From contig JAUSCK010000293.1 in the NCBI GenBank assembly GCA_030651035.1, forward strand, positions 12,973-76,972: a DNA stretch of 64,000 bases, written 5' to 3'. Within the stretch, counting starts at the first letter, position 1. Every line of letters begins with the position of its first letter. This document shows positions 8,820 to 16,800 of the stretch, piece after piece. Position numbers and translations under genes: made by a program. Under the pieces are notes generated by a model that saw nothing but the letters and a program-made list of their open reading frames with translations, ran no database searches and was not told the DNA's origin. The DNA comes from Elusimicrobiota bacterium. Its GTDB lineage: Bacteria > Elusimicrobiota > Elusimicrobia > Elusimicrobiales > UBA9959.

Positions 8820-10898
8820 ATGACCGTTACTAAACTAAAAATATTGGCGATTGATGATGAAGAAATTAGTCTTAATACCCTAAATTCCACGGTGGCGCAT
8901 TCATTTCCCGCTGCCAGATTTCTACCCGCCGTAAACGGTCTCAAAGGTATAGCCCTGGCGCTGGCCGAGGACCCGGATCTAATCCTGCTCGATATAGTCA
9001 TGCCGGAAATGGACGGGTTCGAAGTATGCCGGCGGCTAAAGGAAGACGTGCGCCTCAGGGATATTCCTATAGTTTTTCTGACCGCGCTCAAACCCGATAA
9101 GGAAATATGCGAAAAAGCGTTCGAAGCGGGTGCTGACGCTTTTATCTTAAAACCCCTGGAGTTATGGGAACTGACCGTCCAGATAAGAGCAATGTTAAAG
9201 ATTAAAGCCGCCAATCTGTTACGGCGGTCCAAGCACGACCAGCTAGAGAGTCTGGTCGCGCGGCGAACCAGCGAACTTGCGGAAGAACTTGCCGCACGGA
9301 AAAAGGCGCTGGAATCATTGAGGGAAAGCGAAGTTTTGTTTAAAGCCGTGTTCACGGAAGCGCCTATGGGCATCTGCCTGGTCGATTCAGTAACAGGACG
9401 GTTCCTGAGCGTTAACCCCATGCTAGCAAGCATCATCGGCCGGCCTATAGAAGAACTCGCCGGGGCAGACTGGATGTCCGTCACGCACCCAGAAGATATA
9501 AAAGTCCAATCCGCTAATCTGGCGGCGTTGAACACCGGGAAGGCGAAAGTGTTCCAGATGGAAAAACGGTGCCTGAAGCCCGACGGGACTGTCGTCTGGG
9601 TAAAAATGACAGTAGCGCCGCTGCCGGCATTCGACATCTCCAATCCGCGCTATCTCGGCATGGTAGAAGATATAAGCGCAAGCCGGGCGGCGGAACAAGA
9701 AAAACTGAAACTTGAGGAACAGTTCCGCCAATCGCAAAAGATGGAGACAGCCGGCAGCCTGGCCGGCGGTATCGCGCACGACTTTAATAACATATTGACG
9801 GCGATCCTGTCTTATAGCGACTTCCTGCTCAGAAATCCGTGCCTGGACGTTCCCGGCCGCGCGGATGTGGAAGAAATTAAAAAAGCGGGGCAGCGCGCGG
9901 CCGCTTTAACGCGCCAACTCCTGATCTTCAGCCGCAGGCAGGTGCTGCAGCCGAAAGTGCTGGACGTAAACCACATCATTCAGGGAGTAAAGACAATGCT
10001 CGGCCGCCTCATCGGAGAAAATATAAAGTTAACGGCGCTCACAAGCAAAGTTCCGCCGCTTATAAAAGCCGACCACGGTTATATGGAGCAGGTGCTGCTG
10101 AATCTTTCGGTCAACGCCCGTGACGCCATGCCCAAAGGAGGCAAGCTTACCCTCGAAGCTTCTATCGTGCGTATGGACGAGGCGCATATCCACCGGCATG
10201 GGACCGTCGAGCCGGGTAACTATATACTGTTATCCGTCAGCGATACGGGAACCGGGATGAGCACGGACACGCAATCCCACATCTTTGAGCCTTTCTTTAC
10301 CACCAAACCGCGCGACAAGGGCACAGGCCTGGGGCTTTCCACGGTCCATGGGATCGTCAAGCAAAGCGGCGGTTCCATAGTTGTGTATAGCGAAGAGGGC
10401 TGCGGCACGGTTTTTAAACTTTATTTCCCGCAGGTTACTGGTAAAGCGATAGCAGCCGAACCCCCGGCGGTCGTTGTTAAGAAGATGCTTACCGGAACCG
10501 GAACCGTGCTGCTGGTGGACGATGACAGCTCGCTCCGGGCTCCCATACGGCGCGCTCTGACGCAGGCCGGTTTCACCGTTCTCGAAGCCTCCAGCGCCGA
10601 GGAAGCCCTGGCTATCTGTAAACGGCATAAAGACATTCAACTTATCTTAACGGACATGGTGCTGCCTAAAATGAACGGCATCGAACTGGCCGGGCGGGTG
10701 GGAACACTCCGCCCGGAAATAAAAGTGCTTTTCATGTCCGGCTACACGGACCACACCGCCCTTGCTCAGGGCATACTGGACCCGGACAAAAACTTTATCC
10801 AGAAACCATTCACACTCGATATGCTTACCCGAAAAACGCGGGAGCTTTGCTCAACATGTTATCCCGTCGAGAAGTCTTTAAAGGCAGCCCGCAAGTAA
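8820..10898 (+). CDS. hybrid sensor kinase (REC-PAS-HisKA-HATPase-REC)
   Basis: N-terminal receiver (ILAIDDEE...LLDIVMPEMDG). PAS-like region. H-box GGIAHDFNNILT. DTGTGM and GTGLGLS. C-terminal receiver (VLLVDDD...LTDMVLPKMNG). Confidence 0.85.
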   Translation: MTVTKLKILAIDDEEISLNTLNSTVAHSFPAARFLPAVNGLKGIALALAEDPDLILLDIVMPEMDGFEVCRRLKEDVRLRDIPIVFLTALKPDKEICEKAFEAGADAFILKPLELWELTVQIRAMLKIKAANLLRRSKHDQLESLVARRTSELAEELAARKKALESLRESEVLFKAVFTEAPMGICLVDSVTGRFLSVNPMLASIIGRPIEELAGADWMSVTHPEDIKVQSANLAALNTGKAKVFQMEKRCLKPDGTVVWVKMTVAPLPAFDISNPRYLGMVEDISASRAAEQEKLKLEEQFRQSQKMETAGSLAGGIAHDFNNILTAILSYSDFLLRNPCLDVPGRADVEEIKKAGQRAAALTRQLLIFSRRQVLQPKVLDVNHIIQGVKTMLGRLIGENIKLTALTSKVPPLIKADHGYMEQVLLNLSVNARDAMPKGGKLTLEASIVRMDEAHIHRHGTVEPGNYILLSVSDTGTGMSTDTQSHIFEPFFTTKPRDKGTGLGLSTVHGIVKQSGGSIVVYSEEGCGTVFKLYFPQVTGKAIAAEPPAVVVKKMLTGTGTVLLVDDDSSLRAPIRRALTQAGFTVLEASSAEEALAICKRHKDIQLILTDMVLPKMNGIELAGRVGTLRPEIKVLFMSGYTDHTALAQGILDPDKNFIQKPFTLDMLTRKTRELCSTCYPVEKSLKAARK

Positions 10899-11018
10899 AA
10901 AACTTCCGGTACCATGTAGCCCTCTCCGGCGCACGCAACGGAAATTTGATGTGCGTCAAAGGTTCTGCGGCCCATAGCCGTATAGACCGCATACCACAGC
11001 TACATGAAGGGCACAATT

Positions 11019-11414
11019 TTAAAGCAGGGACACGTAGATGTCCAGGTCGGACTTGGAGAAGCAGCAGAAAGTGATATCGATTCTGTATTTAGCGCTGTCT
11101 AAAAATTCACGCGCTGCTTTTACCGCTGTTTCGGCGGCCTCCTGCGGCGGGTAGCCGTAAACCCCGGTGCTTATGCACGGGAAGGCTATGGACCTTAAGC
11201 CTCTCTCCCGGGCCAGCTCCAAAGAGTTCCGGTAACAATTCCTTAAAAGTCCGGGCTCGTTCCTTTTCCCGCCGCGCCAGACAGGCCCTACGGTGTGTAT
11301 GACGTATCTGGCCGGCAATTCGTAACCGCCCGTGACCTTGGCCTCACCGGTTTTGCAGCCGCCCAAGCCGCGGCATTCTTCCAGGAGGCCGGGGCCGGCC
11401 GCGCGGTGTATGGC
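11019..11414 (-). pseudogene. 5'-truncated copy of the macro-domain gene (lacks ~34 N-terminal codons)
   Basis: Translates to [26 protein letters not shown]...DLDIYVSLL. Over the 114 residues compared it has 19 differences from the intact gene at 14517-15014. Homology stops near 11415 and no start codon is in context. Confidence 0.75.
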
Positions 11415-11455
11415 ACAGGGGGATGGGGTCAGGTCTTTACTTTGACCTTTAGCGC

Positions 11456-11495
11456 GAAGCCGCCGGGGCAGCCTGGCGGTTTTGTTTTGTAGAAT
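11456..11495 (+). terminator. conserved terminator-like hairpin, copy 1 of 4
   Basis: GAAGCCGCCGGGGCAGCCTGGCGGTTTTGTTTTGTAGAAT: a GC hairpin, a T-run and a TAGAAT (-10-like) box. Confidence 0.5.
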
Positions 11496-11582
11496 CTAGC
11501 GGGGATATTTATGCAACATTTACGTACTACCAAGACCACTAGCAGCTATAAATTGCTGGATGCGGATAAGCTAAGGGAAAAA

Positions 11583-11650
11583 GGGAAAAGGTAGCACGCA
11601 CATTTTTATATTTTTGTTATCTTTACCGTTAAGGCCCGGCTAACTTCCGG
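11583..11650 (+). repeat. direct repeat A (island-internal left copy)
   Basis: GGGAAAAGGTAGCACGCAC...AACTTCCGG. Both ends match 14398-14473 and the centre is AT-rich and variable. It begins with a short hairpin (AAAAGGT/ACATTTT). Confidence 0.6.
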
Positions 11651-11667
11651 TTTGATTGATTCTTAAT

Positions 11668-12219
11668 ATGAAGAGCATTGACTTGAAACCGGCAGTTTTT
11701 ACTCCGGCCGTAATACGCAGGCTTGAAAATCTCGGCCTGGTGCGCGCTTTCAGGCCTACGCCCCGGAGTTTGCGCGTAAGAGCGGGCTCCTGTGTGGTGG
11801 ACAAGGTTTACTCCACGGCCGCCCGGTTCGGAACGCATAAACTGATCTGCGTCGGCAAGAACGAGACGCGGATAGGCCTGACCGCGCATCCCGATAACGA
11901 AGACTTGATTTTAATAAATCCCGGCGGCTATAAATTCAAGCCGCTGTATCTTATTCTCGGGCTTGATAGCCCTAAGAATTTAGCACGTAAAGCCAGACTC
12001 GGCCTCCTGGGCGGGCGCGACCTGCTGGCCCTGCGGCTGCGGTATGATGATCCGAAAACCTGCGCGTTTACGATACTTAGGAACACCCCGCACTGCGAAG
12101 TGACCCTGCCCGGACCAGGGAAAGCCCCGGTTTTTTTCGTCACGGAACCCAGCGATCTTAAAATGGCCGCCGTCATTCTGCCGGGTTGCCGGTTCCGCAT
12201 ACGGGCAGAGGTGAGGTAG
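11668..12219 (+). CDS. hypothetical protein (island ORF A)
   Basis: ORF with ATG at 11668 (MKSIDL...), flanked by hairpin copies 1 and 2. No confident motif; HPDNEDLILINPGG is faintly cupin-like. Confidence 0.5.
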   Translation: MKSIDLKPAVFTPAVIRRLENLGLVRAFRPTPRSLRVRAGSCVVDKVYSTAARFGTHKLICVGKNETRIGLTAHPDNEDLILINPGGYKFKPLYLILGLDSPKNLARKARLGLLGGRDLLALRLRYDDPKTCAFTILRNTPHCEVTLPGPGKAPVFFVTEPSDLKMAAVILPGCRFRIRAEVR

Positions 12220-12254
12220 GGTATAGGTGGAGAAAAGGGGACAGGCTGCTTTTT

Positions 12255-12294
12255 AAAGCCGTCGGGGAAGCCCGGCGGTTTTATTTGCTAGGAT
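12255..12294 (+). terminator. conserved terminator-like hairpin, copy 2 of 4
   Basis: AAAGCCGTCGGGGAAGCCCGGCGGTTTTATTTGCTAGGAT, 36 nt after the stop of ORF A. Confidence 0.5.
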
Positions 12295-12327
12295 ATTTAT
12301 TAATCAATCATCTTAGGGGGAGCACAA

Positions 12328-13014
12328 ATGGAACCAACAGAACTGAAGAAGGTTGGGACTTTCGAGCAGTATAAACTCAATAATTTCAAGGACCTGGACA
12401 ATAAGCTGCTCAGCCGGCTGCACAAGGACTGGCCGGCCGGGGCGACGCACGCGGTATTTACATTCGCCGAACCGATAAAGAACGAGTGGCTGGTGAGCAA
12501 GCCTCTGCTGTCAAAGTATAATGTCGCCATTATCTACTCCGCCCAGCCGTCGCAGATAAAGGTGAAGAAAGTGGCGCTGCCGGAAACCTTAACTTCCGGA
12601 TGTCTGCCTCAGGCTAAAATGATGAGACTTTTCCTTGAAGGCTCCAAGGAGACCGTAAAGAAAATCAAGAAACTCGGGCCTGCGTTCAAAAAGGAGATAC
12701 GCTTGGCGGTCGTACTTATGAAAAAGTCCAGGCATGTGTCCCTTTTCAAGGACGGGAAACCTGTCACCCTTTCCGCTATAGTGAAGCGCAGGAACTATCT
12801 TGGCGAGTACTGCGACTGGATATTGTGGGGCTGGGCCGACAAGGGTCTGTCTATAAGCGAAAGCGTGGCCGAGAACGAGTACTTCTGGGGCCTGTGGAAA
12901 AAGTCCAGGCTGCCGGTAGAATTAAAGACCAGATCGTTCATGCCGGGCAATCAAAAACTCGCCCGCTCGCGCGGTTTTACCCCAAAGTACGTTACCGTAG
13001 CCAAGATGGCCTGA
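12328..13014 (+). CDS. hypothetical protein (island ORF B, lysine-rich)
   Basis: 228-aa ORF. ATG is preceded by AGGGGGAG. A hairpin GTGCCTTgagggtAAGGCAC follows the stop. No motif recognised. Confidence 0.55.
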   Translation: MEPTELKKVGTFEQYKLNNFKDLDNKLLSRLHKDWPAGATHAVFTFAEPIKNEWLVSKPLLSKYNVAIIYSAQPSQIKVKKVALPETLTSGCLPQAKMMRLFLEGSKETVKKIKKLGPAFKKEIRLAVVLMKKSRHVSLFKDGKPVTLSAIVKRRNYLGEYCDWILWGWADKGLSISESVAENEYFWGLWKKSRLPVELKTRSFMPGNQKLARSRGFTPKYVTVAKMA

Positions 13015-13079
13015 CTGGCCGTGCCTTGAGGGTAAGGCACCAGGAGACTTATTTAAATCAGTCTGTTTAATTAAGAACA

Positions 13080-13640
13080 ATGAAAAGTATCTTTGTTTAC
13101 CATATCAGGCAGCCGGGGTTTACGGGGAGTTGTTTGTATCCGCTTAACAGGCTTAAGGAAGTGCATCCGGATCTCCATGCCCGTTACAGCAAAAAATATG
13201 TCGGCCGGGAGTGGATGAACAAGCTGGTGATCCCTCCTTTGAACTGCCTGTGGAACGACGTGCTGCATTTTTCGCTGACGCATCCGGCCATGATATACGG
13301 GATACTTTCCGGGCTGGGCTTCGAGCACCATAAGGCGCCTCGGGAGTGGTTCGAGGTCCCGCTGGAAGATATCAAGGTTGACTCTTCCATCTTGTACCGA
13401 AACGAAGAGTATGACAAGGACAAAGAAGTACGGGACTCCTTTGGCTCGGATTTCGAGCCGGTGAACCCGGCGCGCGTTATGGAGCTTTCCGTTATGCCAG
13501 AGCGCAATTTGAACTATTACAAAAGCTGCCTTGAAAAAAAGATCCCGCCTTTGCTATGGGGTTATGCCCCCCACCTTTTGTACAAAGGAAAGCTGGAAGT
13601 AGGTGCTTATCGTACGCTGGATTGGAAGAATAACACATGA
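13080..13640 (+). CDS. conserved hypothetical protein (island ORF C)
   Basis: 186 aa. The pattern LYPLNRLKEVHPDLH...KKYVGRE...IPPLNCLWNDVLHFSLTHP recalls an uncharacterised family I remember from Firmicutes annotations. Unverified. Confidence 0.5.
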   Translation: MKSIFVYHIRQPGFTGSCLYPLNRLKEVHPDLHARYSKKYVGREWMNKLVIPPLNCLWNDVLHFSLTHPAMIYGILSGLGFEHHKAPREWFEVPLEDIKVDSSILYRNEEYDKDKEVRDSFGSDFEPVNPARVMELSVMPERNLNYYKSCLEKKIPPLLWGYAPHLLYKGKLEVGAYRTLDWKNNT

Positions 13641-14398
13641 AATCCATAAACTTTGATCATAGCTACACGGAAGATCTAGGGCACAGATTTTTCAAGGCCC
13701 TGGGGAGATCCGGCTTTGTTCTATCGGAAAACGAGGTCGAGCATCCGGGAAAGCAATTCTGCCGCTTCATAATGTTCAAGCACGGTTTCGGGCGTGTTTA
13801 CCTGGAATTTGTCCGGGTCGGGAAGGGCGGGGAAAGTGTCGATAAGCCTGGCGTTTCACTGCGGTACACAGGCCCGCTTAAGCAGTATTTCGAGTCCATC
13901 AAGGCCCGGAAGGACATAAAGGCTAAATACATCCATAAGAACTACGCCTGGAAGAAAGACAGCAAGAGCGCTCTTCCCGGCTGGAATTTCCTGACGTTTT
14001 TAAGCCCCAGATTTAAGAACATCTACCTGTGGTTCACCGAATACGAGCCCCATCCCACGAAAAAGCGCGTAACGCCTCCGCCTCACCCGAACACAGCCCA
14101 TACCATTGCCGGTTTAGAACTTCTCGTGAGAGGTCCTGACAGACCGAAACTTAAAAAAGTCTTCGGCAGGAGCCTTAATGGGAAAGAAGTAAGTTTGGGC
14201 GGTATCCGCCTTTTCATCGCGCCAGGCCGGTCAACTAGGATTTCTTCTGTAGTTATAAAATGTAAAAGTCTTAATCGCTTCATGAAACTGGCAAATGTGA
14301 AATCCACGATTCTCTGGCGCGGACAAACCGCGGTTCTTATTAAGAACCCTAATCCTAAAATGTGGAATATTGTGGTTCTAGAGGGAATAGGGAAATAG
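13637..14398 (+). CDS. glyoxalase-like/VOC-fold protein (putative; island ORF D)
   Basis: ATGA overlap with ORF C. YLEFV and HPNTAHTIAGLELLV resemble glyoxalase-like domain signatures. Weak call. Confidence 0.4.
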   Translation: MKSINFDHSYTEDLGHRFFKALGRSGFVLSENEVEHPGKQFCRFIMFKHGFGRVYLEFVRVGKGGESVDKPGVSLRYTGPLKQYFESIKARKDIKAKYIHKNYAWKKDSKSALPGWNFLTFLSPRFKNIYLWFTEYEPHPTKKRVTPPPHPNTAHTIAGLELLVRGPDRPKLKKVFGRSLNGKEVSLGGIRLFIAPGRSTRISSVVIKCKSLNRFMKLANVKSTILWRGQTAVLIKNPNPKMWNIVVLEGIGK

Positions 14399-14473
14399 GG
14401 AAAAGGTCGCACGCACCTTTTAAATGAAATCATAATTGCTTTCCCTTTTTTGTACGGTTCGGACAACTTCCGG
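14398..14473 (+). repeat. direct repeat A' (island-internal right copy)
   Basis: GGGAAAAGGTCGCACGCAC...AACTTCCGG. Contains a hairpin AAAAGGT-cgcacgc-ACCTTTT followed by a short T-run directly after the ORF D stop. Confidence 0.6.
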
Positions 14474-14516
14474 AGATATCTCGATTGCCAAAGACGAAAA
14501 GCAGCTCTAAATTGCC

Positions 14517-15014
14517 TTAGTTTTGCAGCAGGGAGAGGTAGATGTCCAGATCGGACTTGGAGAAGCAGCAGAAAATTATCTCTATTTTGTCTTTAGTGCG
14601 GTCTAAAAATCCGCGCGCGGTTTTTACAGCTATTTCAGCAGCTTCCTGCTGCGGGTAGCCGTAAACCCCGGTGCTTATGCACGGGAAGGCTATGGACCTT
14701 AAGCCTTTCTCCCGGGCCAGCTCCAAAGAGTTCAGGTAGCAATCCCTTAAAAGTTCGGGCTCGTTCCTTTTACCGCCGCGCCAGACAGGCCCCGCGGTGT
14801 GTATGACGTATTTGGCCGGCAAGTCGTAGCCGCCGGTGAGCTTGGCCTCGCCGGTTTTGCAGCCGCCCAGGCCGCGGCATTCTTCAAGGAGGCCGGGACC
14901 GGCCGCGCGGTGTATGGCCCCGTCCACCCCGCCCCCGCCCAGCAGGCTGGTGTTGGCCGCGTTGACGATGGCGTCAACCTCGAGCTTTGTTATATCCCCG
15001 GTTACAGCTTTCAT
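14517..15014 (-). CDS. macro-domain protein (O-acetyl-ADP-ribose deacetylase / ADP-ribose-binding family)
   Basis: Start at internal ATG 15014 ([39 protein letters not shown]...). Typical macro motifs [13 protein letters not shown] and ISTGVYGYP. 4-nt overlap with the upstream gene. Confidence 0.85.
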   Translation of the reverse strand: MKAVTGDITKLEVDAIVNAANTSLLGGGGVDGAIHRAAGPGLLEECRGLGGCKTGEAKLTGGYDLPAKYVIHTAGPVWRGGKRNEPELLRDCYLNSLELAREKGLRSIAFPCISTGVYGYPQQEAAEIAVKTARGFLDRTKDKIEIIFCCFSKSDLDIYLSLLQN

Positions 15015-15532
15015 TGCCGTCCCCCGCCCTGCCTGGCCCCGGCCAGGTCTTTTATTATATGCGGCAGCGTGCGGCGCAGGTACTGTATTATTATAGCGCC
15101 CGCCGAGCCGGAAAGGGCGAAAGCGTCGTCCACCGGGCCGGGAATATTTATCGGGAGCATTTCGTAAATGAAGATCAGCCCCGGCAGAATAAGCCATTTT
15201 ATCCCGGTCTGGTAACGTTTGTTTATCACCATGCACGCGCCCAGCAGCAGCCCGGCACCGATAAAGGCCGGCGCCGAGAACAGGCTTGCCCCGAAGCTGA
15301 ACGGCGCCAGGGCCAGCGACCACAGCGCCGCGAATACCGGCGGCAGCGCCGCGTCGAGGTAGCTGTAGGTTTTAACGAAGAAGAGGCTGATGACAGCGGC
15401 GATAAAGAACCCGGTAAAGATCACCGCCCCCGCCAGCAGGCCGAAGCGGAGATCCCTGGCGGCCCAGCCGATAAGGAAGGCCAGGACGGAAAAAGGAAAA
15501 GACGCCGCGCTTATAGCCAGGCTCCGCCACAT
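15011..15532 (-). CDS. integral membrane protein, unknown function
   Basis: Internal ATG 15532 ([14 protein letters not shown]...) with several hydrophobic helices. The longer 300-aa ORF prefix is Arg/Pro-rich and looks non-coding. Confidence 0.55.
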   Translation of the reverse strand: MWRSLAISAASFPFSVLAFLIGWAARDLRFGLLAGAVIFTGFFIAAVISLFFVKTYSYLDAALPPVFAALWSLALAPFSFGASLFSAPAFIGAGLLLGACMVINKRYQTGIKWLILPGLIFIYEMLPINIPGPVDDAFALSGSAGAIIIQYLRRTLPHIIKDLAGARQGGGRQ

Positions 15533-15534
15533 GA

Positions 15535-16650
15535 TTAATTCCCTATTTGCGCGAGCAGGCGCATGATGCCGAGCTGCTCGCGGAAATATATCACGGCCCA
15601 GATGGCCAGGCAGAGCAGCACGGCCACAACGAAAGCGGTATCCCCGGCGCGGGCCCGCCCGGGGGGCGGCGGGAGCATCAGGTTCTCGTCCAGCTTGGCC
15701 ACATAGTCGGCGTAGATGTCGCAGGCGGAGATCACGTAGATGGGACGCAGGAACAGCATCACCGCACCGACGGAGACCATTAAAGGCACGCCCACCCAGG
15801 AATAGATCAGGTACATCTGCCCCGACACGGGGGCCTTCCAGTTCACCAGCCCCGGGAAAGCCACAAAGAACAATATGGTTCCGGCGTAGCCGCCTATGCC
15901 CACTATCCAGCATAACGCGGAGTAGCCGGTCCGCAGCAGTATCACGTCCTTGAATTTGCGCCTGACCAGGCCCACGGAGCGCTGGCCGGCGTCAATAAGC
16001 CCGCGCCCGGTGACCAGCCCCGGCAAGATGCCGATGGTAGCCACTTTCCAGGCGTAGTAGACAAGCTCGCTGGCGGCTTTATCGGCGAAGGAGCGGCGGT
16101 CGTTCTTTTTGGGCAGCCGGTCCAGTATGCGCTGCACCGTCCACCAGCCGTCTATCCAGTGGAAGATCCACAGCGGCCAGGTCCTTGGCAGGACCAGTTT
16201 AAGGCATTCCGGTATCGTGGATTCCTTGCCCTGCCTGTTGAGAAAATGCACCGCGCCCATGCAGCCGGAAAGTATGCCCAGCGGGAAGGCCACGATGCCC
16301 ACGCAGAAGAAGGACCAGATAAACAGTATCAGGTCCCCCGCGGTGCCCCCGCGGGAAGTTGAGGAGCGCTCCCAGGCGGCCTCGGGGATCCAGCCTATCA
16401 TCTGCAGCCACAGGTAATAGCCGAGGCCTATGCACGCCCACTGCAGGACAGCGAAGGTGATGAGCTCCTTCTCAAGAAAGATCAGTTTTAAACTGAACTT
16501 CGTGCGCTCCCAGAACCCGGCCAGCCCTTCACCCAGCGACGGGCGGTGATCCCAGCCGATAGTGGTATGGCTCATTTCCTCCCTGACTTCCTTCATCGCG
16601 CCGAGATAATTGTTAAATGCCATCATCTTCCCCTTTGTCCGATAAGGCAA
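15535..16650 (-). CDS. integral membrane protein, unknown function
   Basis: 371-aa ORF with multiple TM helices. Its stop is 3 nt before the next gene start. True start is uncertain (MMAFNNY is possible). Confidence 0.55.
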   Translation of the reverse strand: MPYRTKGKMMAFNNYLGAMKEVREEMSHTTIGWDHRPSLGEGLAGFWERTKFSLKLIFLEKELITFAVLQWACIGLGYYLWLQMIGWIPEAAWERSSTSRGGTAGDLILFIWSFFCVGIVAFPLGILSGCMGAVHFLNRQGKESTIPECLKLVLPRTWPLWIFHWIDGWWTVQRILDRLPKKNDRRSFADKAASELVYYAWKVATIGILPGLVTGRGLIDAGQRSVGLVRRKFKDVILLRTGYSALCWIVGIGGYAGTILFFVAFPGLVNWKAPVSGQMYLIYSWVGVPLMVSVGAVMLFLRPIYVISACDIYADYVAKLDENLMLPPPPGRARAGDTAFVVAVLLCLAIWAVIYFREQLGIMRLLAQIGN

Positions 16651-16800
16651 TAATACAATACTTGCGCAGGCGCCGTATCAGGCTGACAAGCGCTATCCGC
16701 AACTTTGATACAATGATATGTACGGCGGCAGAGGAGCTGCCCGGCGGCGCCCGCCGGAACGCCGCAAAGGCCGGGACGGCCAATACCTGCAGATCTGCTT

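Noticed and set aside
11456-12294. Interpreting the conserved hairpins as integron attC sites or gene cassettes.
   Set aside because: No IntI-type integrase or attI is present. The hairpins lack the RYYYAAC/GTTRRRY core pairs and are followed by T-runs. They look like intrinsic terminators, so only the repeat-family observation is reported.
10901-14473. The 9-mer AACTTCCGG recurring at 10901, 11642, 12591 and 14465 as a possible recombination core.
   Set aside because: One copy lies inside a coding region (12591, codons LTSG). The flanks of the 10901 copy share nothing with repeats A/A'. With only four short matches I cannot separate signal from chance, so it is mentioned but not claimed.
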